A DNA stretch of 64,000 bases. Origin: Cyanophora paradoxa CCMP329 (lineage: Eukaryota > Plantae > Glaucophyta). How positions within the stretch are numbered: the stretch's first letter is position 1; every line of letters starts with the position of its first letter. The stretch is taken from the NCBI GenBank assembly GCA_004431415.1, contig QPMI01000416.1, forward strand, positions 62,001-126,000, read 5' to 3'. Shown here piece after piece: positions 31,023-42,812 of this stretch. A program made the position numbers and the translations under genes. Under the pieces are notes generated by a model. It did not search any database, was not told the DNA's origin, and saw only the letters and a program-made list of their open reading frames with translations.

Positions 31023-33745
31023 CGATCATGTATTTATCCCGCGATTTGGTGCCTTTGCTCGATCATCAGTTTAATCTCGGGCAATCTAACACTGATGCTG
31101 TTAAGAAATGGCTCAATGTGTATGCCTATGATGGGTGGTTTGATGACTTGCACACGACTAACCTTTATAGCACGACCTCAAAAACAAGTAACATAATCTT
31201 GCCTTTCAATCACTCACTCCGACCTAATCAGATTCTTACCAATGATAATGCACTGATCAGCTACACCGACTATAATAGTAACCTTTCCCGCTCGGTTTCG
31301 CAAACTGAGACCTACACTGTCGAGGGATACCCTCAGCAGCTCGCAAATGGGTCTATGTCGCTTACGTAGGCAAACCTACATATACATTCACTTGGGATCA
31401 GTTGGGTGTCACAGGTTTCGAGACGAATATACCCACTGTTTCATTGGTGGATCACACTACTTATTATAATCCTATCTATAACAATAATGAATCTAATAAA
31501 GCATTTATCCAAAATGTCACCTCCACAGGTTTCAGGTTTCGTTTGTCATTAACGAGACATACAATTTACTTATCATCCGAAACAACTCATTGAGTTCCGA
31601 AGCTACTATTAGTTTCACTCTTAACATCAATTATATCACCCTGAATTCGATAGCAAACCAGAGTGAAGGTTTACCGAGATTTACAAGGTAGCAATATCGT
31701 GCCCTTCTCACAGAATTTCGATCTTGGGGCGAATTCTTTGAGGTGGAACACAGTTTATACTTTGAATGCAAACACCTGTAATATTGTGGTCGCAGGGTCA
31801 TCGGCTACTATTGGAGATCTGACCGCCCCTTTCAAAAAGGAGTATCTTAAAGAGCTGTATATTACAAAGTCTGATTTACCAGATGCTATTTCGTTGGTGC
31901 TCTCCCCGACTCCCAGTATATCCTATCACAATGTGAAAGACACCAGTAATGTAGTGCAGAGGGAAGCAAAGTATTCCAGGCATCCGAGATATCAGCAACA
32001 ACATATAGATACCTTGCAGCGGTTCCAGCGAATTTTAATTTCACATTTGAGACACCTTTTGTTTCCCCTCCTACTATTGAAATAACAGACACGAATTTGT
32101 ATGTGGTCAATAATGGGTCGACCACCTCTATTAACAATGCACCAGCCGGCTACTCCCCATTTGTTGCAACTAACATAACAACCACCGGCTTCACACTTGT
32201 CGGAAATGCAACAGTGACATATGCTCTTACAGCATATCCTGTTGGGTTGTATTTTGCGAAATTTAATCTTTCAGCGATCCCACCTGTGTCCCTTTCTCCT
32301 CCCTTTACTATCAGTTGGAAGGCAACAGGATCTATTCCACGATTCGACCCCGAAGATCGCTTGAAAATAAGGTATCCTCTCGATGTGACCGACCTCCATA
32401 CTACGAGAATAAATGGGCAGAATTTCGTATTTAATGGAACCAATGCAACTCTGATCGATAATCGAGTAACGAATAATTACTTTTTCGATTCTCGATATAT
32501 TAATACTTGCAATATTGTCATACAGAACACGTTTGAGAATCGAAGTAAGACCTTATCAGTCACCTTGCCCACTCACTCGAATGTCTCAGATGGATTTCAC
32601 TATTATCTTTTCAATCGCAATTACACCTCATATATTCCATACCCTTCTGAGACTGTCAACATGAGCTATCCCAGAGTCACCCTTACATCGACCAATGCTG
32701 ACTTCTTTGGATCCACGGACTTTATGACCTTCTTTGCTTTCACATCGTCCACAGATGGTCTCTTAGTTTATTACACTTTCAGATATGATGCTGTTTGGAC
32801 TCAGCTTGACAGCCACCCAAATACAGATGTAATCGAAGTGGGCGATAAGAAATATATTAAAACCGCTTCCCATGGGTGTGCACTGTCCGGCTCGATGATA
32901 GATACACTCCCAACCTAAATAGCATCGGAATGCACTCGACTTGCAATATTTATGTGCAAGGTGCAATTTCGGCTACCAAATATTTCGAGGGTGGGAACTG
33001 TGATGCAGCCCATAGGTTGCTATCGAGAAATGGGCTCTTTGAGTCATTTAGTGGGACAGCTCTACCGCCCTTTATCAGGGACACAGTCTATGATACTACA
33101 TGCAATATTTGGGTGTGCCGATCTGTGAGCAATCCGCCTGTGACAAAGGAATTATATAAATACCTGTCAGATACCTATGGTGCAATTACAGGGTCTTCAA
33201 CAGGAAATCCAGCAACGGCTCCCATCGTGTTTGCAAATGCATACACAGCGCCGACATCATTAGCAGGGTCGACAGAACCGCCACCAAACGATCCCAATCC
33301 AAACACACCTCCCCCTGACTCCGATCCTCAAACACCACCCACAAATAATCCACCTTACACTCCACCCACAACAAATAATCCCACTCCCATTGGGGCGCCG
33401 CAAGGAGGTGGTAATGGGATAGGTGGCTTGATTGGGATAATCTTGGGCGCGATTGCAGGTGCAGCTTTACTTGCTCTTATGTGGAAGTATCGTAGTTTAT
33501 TCTTTGCATGTTGCTATAATGCAGGGGCAGCATACTCTACACCAGAAGTAGGTTTAACAGAGACACCTGATGGTGATTTAGGTGTAGAGATTTCCAGACC
33601 AGAGGGGAATTCTCTTAGTGTCATTAGAAATGGCAGGAGTCCACAGGATCGAGGAGCATTGAGATCAGGAGGAGACAGTGATTTTATGTCCGAAATAGCA
33701 AGACGTGAGGGACGCATTTATGAACATGTCCCTAATGTTATGTAA
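31023..33745 (+). pseudogene. 3' remainder of the outer fibre-like gene(s), fragmented; ends in a Pro-rich linker and a TM helix
   Basis: Consecutive + strand fragments; LVP....FNLG...KW and IVPF...FDLG...RW fibre motifs; GLIGIILGAIAGAALLALMWKY. Confidence 0.6.
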
Positions 33746-33773
33746 CGACCACAAAAAAGAACCAGTTGCGTTT

Positions 33774-34484
33774 TCAATTGATAATGTTTAGCTTTGCTTT
33801 ATCACCAAGTAGCTCAATCGCTTTATCATTATATGCTTTTGCAGCTTCTTCTTCCGTTTTATAGTTGCCAATTCTAAGATGTTTCTTCTGAACTTGAATT
33901 CTTGATTCCCAAAGCTTGCAATCTTTTCGAAAGCTTACCCCACGATACTTAGATGTCTTTGTTTCAAACTGAATTGAAGAGTTAGCAGCGCATTGGATGT
34001 CATTAAGCCATGCATATTCGCCAAATAAAGCGATTGCTTTTGCATTGTAGTTCCAAGCCGCACATTCCTCGGTTCGATAATTTCCAAGGAAATGGCGTTT
34101 TCCGTTTACAAATATTTTAGACTCCCAGCACGCATGCTGTGAATTCCATGTTACACCTTTGAACTGAGATGTTTTATTTGTGCACCTGACTTGACGATTG
34201 AAATTGTTTTGTTGTTTTGTGGCAAGTCTGAGATTTGATTTTCTGTTATCAAACTTATTGTGATTAATATGATCAACACAAGATTTAGGATCGTCTGTGT
34301 TTATAATAAATCGATGAGCAGAGGTAAGTTTTGCAGAAATGTGAGTATAAGCATATCCACTATTATTAACAAACCAATCATATTTCATAACCCTCTCTCG
34401 ATCTTCAATGTCTATGATCATATGTTTGCCTTCTCCATGTTTCCCTCTCAAAGGGACATAGAAATAGTCAACTTCGTCTGTCAT
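33774..34484 (-). CDS. HNH endonuclease with two AP2 DNA-binding domains
   Basis: AHRFI, VDHINHNKFDNRKSNLR; SQFKGVTW..AAWNYN; SKYRGVS..AAKAYNDKA. Confidence 0.92.
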   Translation of the reverse strand: MTDEVDYFYVPLRGKHGEGKHMIIDIEDRERVMKYDWFVNNSGYAYTHISAKLTSAHRFIINTDDPKSCVDHINHNKFDNRKSNLRLATKQQNNFNRQVRCTNKTSQFKGVTWNSQHACWESKIFVNGKRHFLGNYRTEECAAWNYNAKAIALFGEYAWLNDIQCAANSSIQFETKTSKYRGVSFRKDCKLWESRIQVQKKHLRIGNYKTEEEAAKAYNDKAIELLGDKAKLNIIN

Positions 34485-34545
34485 TTGAGTTCTTTTCTGA
34501 TCGTTTTAAAAAGGCGTCATTTTTTTAAATCATTTTTTATAAAGA

Positions 34546-35981
34546 ATGACAGTTATATCAAATCCCACCTTTAATAATAAATACCATGTCACAGATCCAG
34601 AGATACCCTCGGCTCAAAATGATCTTATAGTTTCACACACCCCATACTTGGGAGAAGTTGTTAAAGATTCATGGAATGATGTAACAGGGCATGAATTTGG
34701 GCATCTATACGATATTCAGAGTGGGATAGGCTATGTCGATGCATTAACAGGAACAGTTTTTCGCAATCTTAACTGTAATTGCACGGGAGGGTGGCTGTTT
34801 CAGACATGCAGCAATGTCGCCTCTGATCTCGATCCCGCCGTTTATATAACTCCGAGTTTATATGGTGGTAAAACGATTTTCTCCATCACTTGCAATCTCG
34901 TTAATTCGGATGTGCCCATAGTAGCACCTGTAATAGGTGCATCAAATATGTATATCCAAAGAAACCCGGTCGTGCATACAGGCGCCGAATTTATATTAGG
35001 CGACAAAACCCCAATTAGTCGACTCGAATTGCCCACGAATTTCACCTTTAATCTCGTGGATGAGTTCCCTAACAGTCAAAGTCTCATGTATTTCACCTCT
35101 GAAAATCGCCTTTCGGGTGCATTCTCACCCATTGAGCTGTCTATACCGAAGCAAAAGGTGAGCTATAAAGAGCTTACAGATGTGCCGGCGGGATTTAGTG
35201 GGAAGTGGAGTGATATCATTCAGAAGCCGACTTGGAGTAGTGTAGCATACACAGGAAATTACTATGATTTAGTAGGAACTCCCGATTTCACAAGCTATAT
35301 ACCTCGTTGGATTGATCAAGGTGTAATTATATCAGAATCTACACTTCCTTTCAATGGGACATGGGATAGGTTATTTACTAAGCCGAATTTGCATGCTGTT
35401 GCCACAAGTGGTGACTACAACGATTTAACTAACACCCCTATTGCACCGACCTTGCATGCTGTGGCTACAAGTGGAGACTACAATGATCTCATTAATACAC
35501 CGAACCTACATGCTGTGGCTACAAGCGGAACTATGACGATTTAATTAACACACCTACTTCGCCACCTACTCACAATCACAGCATAGAGTTGCTCACGAAT
35601 TTCGGTAATTATGTGAATCCAAATGCATATGTGCAACAAGGGACAGCGAATGTAGTTTTGGAAAATAGAATATACAATGCAGGAGAGACCTTTCAGTTAT
35701 CGGAACGGTCGTATTCTCTACCCATTTATAGTGATGCAGTGATTACTACCTCTATCGAGAATAGCTACAACTCTGTAAATTGGGAAATGACCAACTGTGT
35801 GTATATCGGACCTGAGTATGTTAATAATGAGAGAGTAGGACTAAAAACTAAGTTTACATGGATCGTTAGATTCACAGCTTTCGCATCGACTAATTTCACA
35901 AATGTCACAGCAGCAAATCGCACCCTTAAACTCCATTGGATTGCTGTCGGACCTCTCCAAAACAATAATATTCTCGCTTAA
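34546..35981 (+). pseudogene. Tail-fibre-like protein with LHAVATSGDYNDL.NTP repeats; frameshift near 35530
   Basis: Three phage tail-fibre-type repeats, W.DI..KP motifs, C-terminal LHWIAVG. Confidence 0.7.
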
Positions 35982-36002
35982 TAAGTAAAGAACAATCAAA
36001 AG

Positions 36003-37014
36003 ATGTCAACTGTATTCACGCCTGTGTTTCTTTGAGTGCAAGTGCTGTCCATAATGTCCAACACACAGTCTATGATTTATCTCCGAGCCACCCTTCGACT
36101 GAGACAGCGAAAACCGATTCTTTTAATGACCAAAGCATACTCAGAGTCAAAGAACTCAGAGCTGACAAGATTGATGGACTCGTTAAAGCTACTCAAATGA
36201 TCGTATCGAATCGACCGCAATCTCTTCGGGGCTGGTCACCAAAGAAAATCTATATGAAGGTCAACAGGATTCCAAAACGGCTTTTAATCCGGCTGATAGG
36301 AATTCGGCGGCTTTTCAAGTTTACAGTGGTGGGGCATGGATTGGGACTGGACTGAGTGTGAATGGGACAGTGACAGCGACTTCTTATGGGGCTGTGAGTG
36401 GGACAACAGGTGGATTTACTGGACTCCTTACAGCAAGTGGTGGAATAAAAACGAATTCAATTGATACTGTGGGTGCAAATGACAATTTTGTGATCAAGAG
36501 AGGTGGGGCAAATATAGCTTCTACCTTCGCATCATCATACACAAATCCAACCAACCCAGGAACCTTCACCTGGAATGGGCTATCCATTAATGGCACTAAC
36601 TCTTATCTCTCTCTCCCAAACCATCCGAGATTTTCCTATGGATTATCCGGGGGTTCAATTGCGCCCTCCACCCTTACTACATGGGGAAATACCATTCTTG
36701 CGTCATCTTCATTTTCGAATGGAATATTTACAGCCCCTGTCAGCGGACATTACAGGTTTACTACCACTCTTATGACAGATACTGCGCAAATTGGTGTCCA
36801 TCATGTCATTCTGAAAATAAATAACGTTGCAACAAACGTTTGGGGCTACATTCAGACAACTCACGTCGGACATTTTCAGTTTGGATTCACTTGCATTGTG
36901 TATATGAATGCCAACGATAATGCAAGGTTGTCCTTAGAAACAGGGAAAGTATATAGTTGGACAGCACAGTCATACTGTCATTGGTCTGGCGAACTTATAA
37001 GTGCAACAGCCTGA
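36003..37014 (+). pseudogene. ELRADK-family fibre protein with a C-terminal C1q-like head (frameshifted)
   Basis: ELRADKIDGLVKAT; SGGAWIGTGLSV in frame with the 36358 ORF; GIFTAPVSGHYRF...VYMNAND...WSGELI C1q pattern. Confidence 0.75.
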
Positions 37015-37041
37015 TAAAATTTCTTAGCATAAAGTAAAAGA

Positions 37042-37305
37042 ATGTCAAACACCTATCAAGTCGTTTTAACTGACACTGAAAAACTGGGAATGGAATACTG
37101 TGCCTACTCTGTTCAGGATTGGATCGATAATGCGGCTCATAATAGGGCGAGAATCGCGATTGATGAGGTTGTGGACAAAGAAGTTAAATCGTGTATTGCC
37201 GCTGGAATTCCGATTCCACTCACAAAGGAAGCGATTGTAGAGCAAGCGTTTAATCGGGGGACTGTTCAGAAGGCAAGCGAAATTAATGTGAGTGCTCCTA
37301 TGTAA
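37042..37305 (+). CDS. Small phage-like protein, possible fibre assembly helper
   Basis: LTDTE..MEYCA.SVQDWIDNA..NRARIA pattern, recalled from phage ORFs that follow C1q tail genes (not searched). Confidence 0.55.
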   Translation: MSNTYQVVLTDTEKLGMEYCAYSVQDWIDNAAHNRARIAIDEVVDKEVKSCIAAGIPIPLTKEAIVEQAFNRGTVQKASEINVSAPM

Positions 37306-37459
37306 AGAACTCGAATTCGAAGAATGAGAGATGGGTTTATTATTATTTTTCATAGATCATGCATAAGAAAGGCATGTATCTTGCATAGTGGGCGGGGCGC
37401 ACTGTTTCACACTAAGGTCAATCGATTTTCATAGAGTCTCAGACTGATAACAATAAGAT

Positions 37460-38200
37460 AAATAATAAACTACTTTATAATTAATAAAAACTACTTTAAA
37501 CTACTCAACTACCTATGTTAAACTACGCAACTTAATACCGGAAACTACGCCATTAATACCAAAACTACGCAACTACGCAAGTTTTTCACTTTTCTAATTT
37601 TTTTCCCCGCCAACTTCTAAACTTTTTCAGAAAGTTGCGTAGTTGCGTAGTTTTGGTATTAAATGTGTAGTTTTCGGTATTAAAAGCGATCAGATTGCGT
37701 AGTTTTCATGCGTAGTTACGTTAAATTGCGTAGTCTACCGGGAGTCCGCATGCATTTAGGTGCGAGACTATTGCGTAGCCTATAAAACGGTCGTGTTTCA
37801 GTGCGAAACTATCGCGTAGCTTCCCTTGTAGTATGCCGGCGCTCTTTTCAGTAGAGAAATCATGGTATATATCATAGAATCATATTGATATTAATAAGAA
37901 ACTACTTTATAATATATAAACTACTTGAAACTACTCAACTTCCCCTGAAAAACTACGCAATTCGAAACCAAAACTACGCAAACGAAACCAAAACTACGCA
38001 ACTACGCAAGTTTTTCACTTTTCTAAATTTTTCCCGCCCCGAGTTTCAAACTTTTTCTGAAAGTTGCGTAGTTGCGTAGTTTTGGTATCTTTTCAGTAGT
38101 TCCCGGTATTAAATTGCGTAGTTTCTTTGAGTAGTTGCGGTAAATTGCGTAGTTTCTATGTGTAGCCGCACGATCTCGATGCGAAACTCATGCATTTACG
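37460..38200. repeat. Two ~430-bp tandem units of inverted AACTACGC/GCGTAGTT iteron arrays
   Basis: Central spacer GTTTTTCACTTTTCTAA starts at 37581 and 38010. Confidence 0.9.
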
Positions 38201-38209
38201 TGCTAATCA

Positions 38210-39210
38210 GTAAGGTGTTACAGGTGTTACAGGTCTATCCCAAAGTTTCCTATCCCCCACCCCCTCCTAGGGCAAAGTTTGGGATGAACCTGTAACACCT
38301 GTAACACTGACCTAATTCAGTAAGAACCTATTAAAACAACAAAATATCAGTCTTAGTATATCATAATAATATCAGTAGTAATTATTTTTTGTATTATAAC
38401 GATCAATTTCGTATCGTTTTTCAGTGCGAAACTATTCACTATCACATATTTTCGATGCGCGCGAAATGTTTTATGCAGCACACGATAATTGTTTACGTTG
38501 TTACAGGTGTTACAGGTCTATCCCAAAGTTTCCTATCCCCACCCCTCCTAGTAGCCGAGTTTGGATGAACCTGTAACACCTGTAACACTGACCTATTTCA
38601 GTAAGAACCTATAAAAACAACAAAATATCAGTCTTAATATATCATAGTAATATCATTAGTAATTCTTTTTGTATTATAACGATCAATTTCATATCGTTTT
38701 CAGTGCGAAAATATTCACTATCACATACTCTCGATGCGCGCGAAATGTTCATGCAGCACACGATAATTGTTTACGTTGTTACAGTGTTACAGGTCTTGCC
38801 CAAACTCGGGAACCAAGACCCCACTCCTAGGGCGGACTTTGGGATAAACCTGTAACACCTGTAACACTAACCATTATCAGTAAGAACCCATTAAAATAAC
38901 ATAATATCAGTCATAAATAATCATAAAGTATCATCAAGTATCATATATTAACCTTGTTGTATATACATCCGCGTTCCATGCAGCACATTGTAGTTGTTTA
39001 CGTTGTAACGGGTGTAACAGGTTCTCCCAAACTCGGAATCCATGACCCCTCCTAGTAGCCCAATTTGGATAAACCTGTTACACTGTTACACATAGAAAAT
39101 ACCATTATAATAACATAAGATATATCAATTATCATAAAGAATACTATGTTATCATTATTATATTACACGTCCCGCGCTCCATACAGCACATTGTAGTTGT
39201 TTACGTTCTA
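38210..39210. repeat. Four diverging ~230-290-bp tandem units with inverted GGTGTTACA/TGTAACACC iterons
   Basis: Cassettes start near 38213, 38498, 38776 and 39003. Confidence 0.9.
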
Positions 39211-39401
39211 ATGCGGCACCATATACGCTCCATATCATCATCGCATTATATCCAAAAGAACATTTTATTATTTTTCGACGGAATTCCGTTAGAATTTCAC
39301 ACATATTTTATACATATTTATTACGATCATTAATACATATTTTACATATAATGCATACACATATTATTTCAATATCATTATACACGATAATGCGTAATAT
39401 C

Positions 39402-39697
39402 ACACATAGACAATGCCCGCGTTTTATCAGGAGGCGTGATATAATTATCTAAGTTTAAAATCCACCTCAAATACAAGTGATTACGAGAGATAGAGGTAAA
39501 ATACATCGGAGATACGACTAAATTAAGTTTCAGTAAGGGTTTGATTAGGATTATATATAAAATACGCACATAAAAGACAAGAATAAAGGATAAAATACAC
39601 ATAAATTAACGTTAAATATGCAAGAAATATAGGTAAAATATAAACAAATTATAATTAAACTTAGCCGAGGGATAAAACGCGGGCATTGTCTATGTGT
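39402..39697. repeat. Right terminal fold-back of the outer element (27-bp perfect arms, 242-bp AT-rich loop)
   Basis: ACACATAGACAATGCCCGCGTTTTATC (39402-39428) and GATAAAACGCGGGCATTGTCTATGTGT (39671-39697). Confidence 0.9.
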
Positions 39698-40954
39698 GAG
39701 CCCGGGCGGCGGCGCCGGCGGCCCGGCCAGGCCCCGGGACTTGGGCCGGGAGGGCCGGGACCGTTGATCATGATCATGGCGCGTCGATATCCAGCCGTGG
39801 CCATGGGCGCCGGGCGCCGGGCGGTCGCGCTCCGAGGCCGATCGCGAGGGCCGAGCCTCGGAGGTTCCTTCCGCGAATTTGAAGCTAGCTGCTTCTCAGA
39901 GTCTCGCTGTCACGTGCACAGTGTGCTGGCGCCTTAATTAGTACTCCCGCGGGAGTAGTACAGAGTCTACAACCGTGAACAGTCTGCCAAATTTGAAGCT
40001 AGGTGCTTCGCTGTCACAGTGTGCTCAGCGGCTGGCGCCTTCATACTCCAAGAGTCCGACGTACGCGACGGTCCAAACATAATTGAAACATTCCGCGGGA
40101 GTATATACGTAGTACAGATCTAGATCTAGAGTCTACTAGTACTACAGTCTACAGACTCAGTTAAATAGTACTACCCTGCAGGCTGCAGATCATGATCAGA
40201 ATCATGGTCGATATATATCAGTGCCGATCTAAATCTGAAGGCAAGCTCTGCGAACTCGCGAACAAGCAAAAAAAGACTCGAATTCGAGTCAATAATTTCG
40301 CGAAATCGAACAAGCGCTATCTTTTCGGAAAAAAACAACGATCACCGGCCTGGCCGGCGGGGGCTAGGCTAGCCGCCGAGGACTACGGTAGCCGCTGATG
40401 ATCATTGCCACAAGTTGCGGCCGCGGCCCACGGGCCACGCCGTGACGGGCGGTCGCGCAGCTCGCGCTGCATGCACACTGCATGCAGCTGCTTCCGCGAA
40501 GTTCCGAACTGTGAAATTCGGAAAGGTTATCAGCTGCAGCTCAGCGCGCGGCTGCTTCTCCGAGGCTCGCTAGATCGCTGTCAGAGTGTGCTGCAGCTGG
40601 CGCCTGCGGTGTCCTGCCGCGAGTCCCGCGACTAGTGCTTCGACCGTCGGACACTCCAGCGGCATTCCGCGGGCCGGTCCGACGGTCCGGCGCACACTCC
40701 TACCGGTATATATATATCCTTCCGGCCTTCAAGGCTTGAGCTCGAGCCTTCTCTCCCAAGGTACCGGTCCTTTTCCAAGGTAGAGCAATCCGCGCGTCCC
40801 GGGGTCCTAGGCAGCTGCCAGGCCCGAGGCATATATATGCAGGGCAGACGCCGCGCCAGTTTCGAAGTTTCGAGCATGTAAAGGTACACGTATCGCTGAC
40901 CAAGGGCCGCGCTTCGCGGCAGCAGCGACAGCACAGGATTCGAGCTCGCGCAAG

Positions 40955-42812
40955 ATGGGCAACGTGATCACTACGGGCCCTTCCAAGGGCGGCCCCCCCA
41001 CCGATGTGCAGGGCAGGTATTCCATGTACGGCACCTACGGAGGCTGCGACAACCGCGGCGGCAACACTGTTCAGAAGGTGTGATCGTGATTCCGGATTCC
41101 GAAGTTCCCTAAATTGTTTTCTAAAATATTAATATAAAATTTGCGCAGTGGGCCTTCGATAACCCCGTTGGCGGCCCGAACTCGCCTGCGTACGGCGTGG
41201 TCTTCTTCAAAAACGTGCGTACGAGCGCGTTGTCACTGTGTGTGCATTAAAAAAAATATTTCTGTACACTTGCTATCGAAAACTGACTTGCAAGTTGTGA
41301 ATGATGTCCAGGTGATGAAGGTGTACGAGCCTTCCAAGTGGGGCAAGATGTGGGGCCCCTACAAGGTTAACGCCAACGGCGAGCTGAAAGTGTACGTTGC
41401 GTTAACGTGACATAAACCAAAACTTGCAATGCCATGCAGTTGCCTGTCCGGACCTTAGCTCTTTAAAGCGACGTCTCAGAGTCTAAACAAATCTGCCTCC
41501 TCATGATCATGATCGCGAGCGTTGGGCAGTAATTTCGTTGGGCGGGAGGCGAACGACGAGTTCTCGGCCCTCTGCGTCGCCCCCAACACGCGCGTCCAGA
41601 TCTGGGACGACGCCGACTACAAGGCGCGCTCTAGATCTGAATTCGAATGAATTCGAAATAAATTTTAAGCCGGCCGTCAACGTTCTCATGTTTAATTTTT
41701 TTTATAATTTCTCTCTGGACGAGCGACTGAAACTAGACCCCCGCGCAAGCGCAGGACGACTACATGATCTTCGAGGGCGTCAACACGGCCGAGCCGCTCA
41801 CCGCAAGCGAGCCGAAGGGGTCCGGCCCATTTTACCTTGCGTTGCCCTTCAAATTAATTTTTCTTTATATATTTCCTCGTGATCGAGCGCTCGCACCGGC
41901 CTCGGCCTCGGCCACTGACCGCGAGCGACGCCGAAGGTACTTCTGCTTCAATCTCTCCAAGGTCCCGGACTGCCCCGAGTGCGCAAATCTGCCTTCGCGC
42001 GGGACCAAACCGCTAAGACATTAATATTCGAATTCCGTATTTGGGTTCTATTTTTATTTGCTTTTGCGCGCACAGCATGGGAGTCTACAACGGCTTTAAC
42101 GACCGGTGCGTGATGCGCCCCCCCCCTCTCCCTCCCCCCTTCCCCTCCGCCCCCCCCACTTCCCCCGCCCCGCCCCTTTCCCCCTCCCTTCCCCCTGGCC
42201 CCCCCTCCTCGCTCCCCCCGCCCCCCCCCACCCCACCCCCCACCCGCCCCCTGGGACCCACCTCTCCCAACCCCGCAGCACGTCAAGCTTCACGGTCAAG
42301 AAAATGCGTCAGGCCGACTCCGAGAACCAGGTGCCCACTGGGCCAGGCCATGCTTATCGATATCCATCCAGCTAATATTCATCCATCTCGAGTCTAATCC
42401 ATCCATCCATCTAATTCATATATATCTAATCAATATTCATCCAGCTATAGTATATCCATCCATCTAATTCATCCTTGGCTTCATAACTCTATATTAATTA
42501 GTGATCAATAAATCAGTTTTGCCTGCATCTCCGCTAATGCTTTTTGCGCTCAGCTCGTGGACGAAGGCGAGGAGGGTGCCCCCGAGGTCGAGCTTTTCGC
42601 CCTCCTGGAGGCGAGTGCGACGTTTCGATTCATATTCGAATTCGATTTTAATCTGATCGGAGGCGCGCGCCTTTCTGATATACATTGAACGCGCGCGGCT
42701 GCCGCATGCGCAGGGCCTGCCGGCGGAGGAGGGGTACGTGGCGGGGACGGAGGGCGGGGAGGAGCTCGCCGAGGAGGCGGACGAGGCGGAGGGACCCTCC
42801 GACCTCCTCTGA
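40955..42812 (+). CDS. Host multi-exon beta/gamma-crystallin-like protein, paralogue 1 (start uncertain)
   Basis: About 10 exons: YSMYGTYGGCDNRGGNTVQK / WAFDNPVGG / ... / ANDEFSALCVAPNTRVQIWDDADYK / ... / GFNDR-TSSFTV / acidic tail; silent changes versus paralogue 2 fix the frame. Confidence 0.7.

Larger units (their letters stand above)
1..39697. mobile_element. Outer endogenous Polinton-like virus (left end off-window), interrupted by the inner element at 4763-31016
   Basis: ATPase-MCP-penton-penton block at 1-4191; fibre, HNH and C1q genes at 31023-37305; terminus ...CTATGTGT at 39697 matches the inner element's terminal 8-mer; abrupt AT-to-GC switch at 39698. Confidence 0.85.

Noticed and set aside
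7110-37014. Diversity-generating retroelement acting on fibre tips
   Set aside because: No reverse transcriptase and no adenine-specific template/variable repeat pair seen
38210-39210. CRISPR-like or spacer-acquisition array
   Set aside because: The sequences between iterons are homologous from unit to unit, so these are diverged tandem duplications
39402-39697. Independent MITE
   Set aside because: Flanks (AATATC / GAGCCC) are not duplicated; it sits at the AT/GC boundary and mirrors the inner element's tip design
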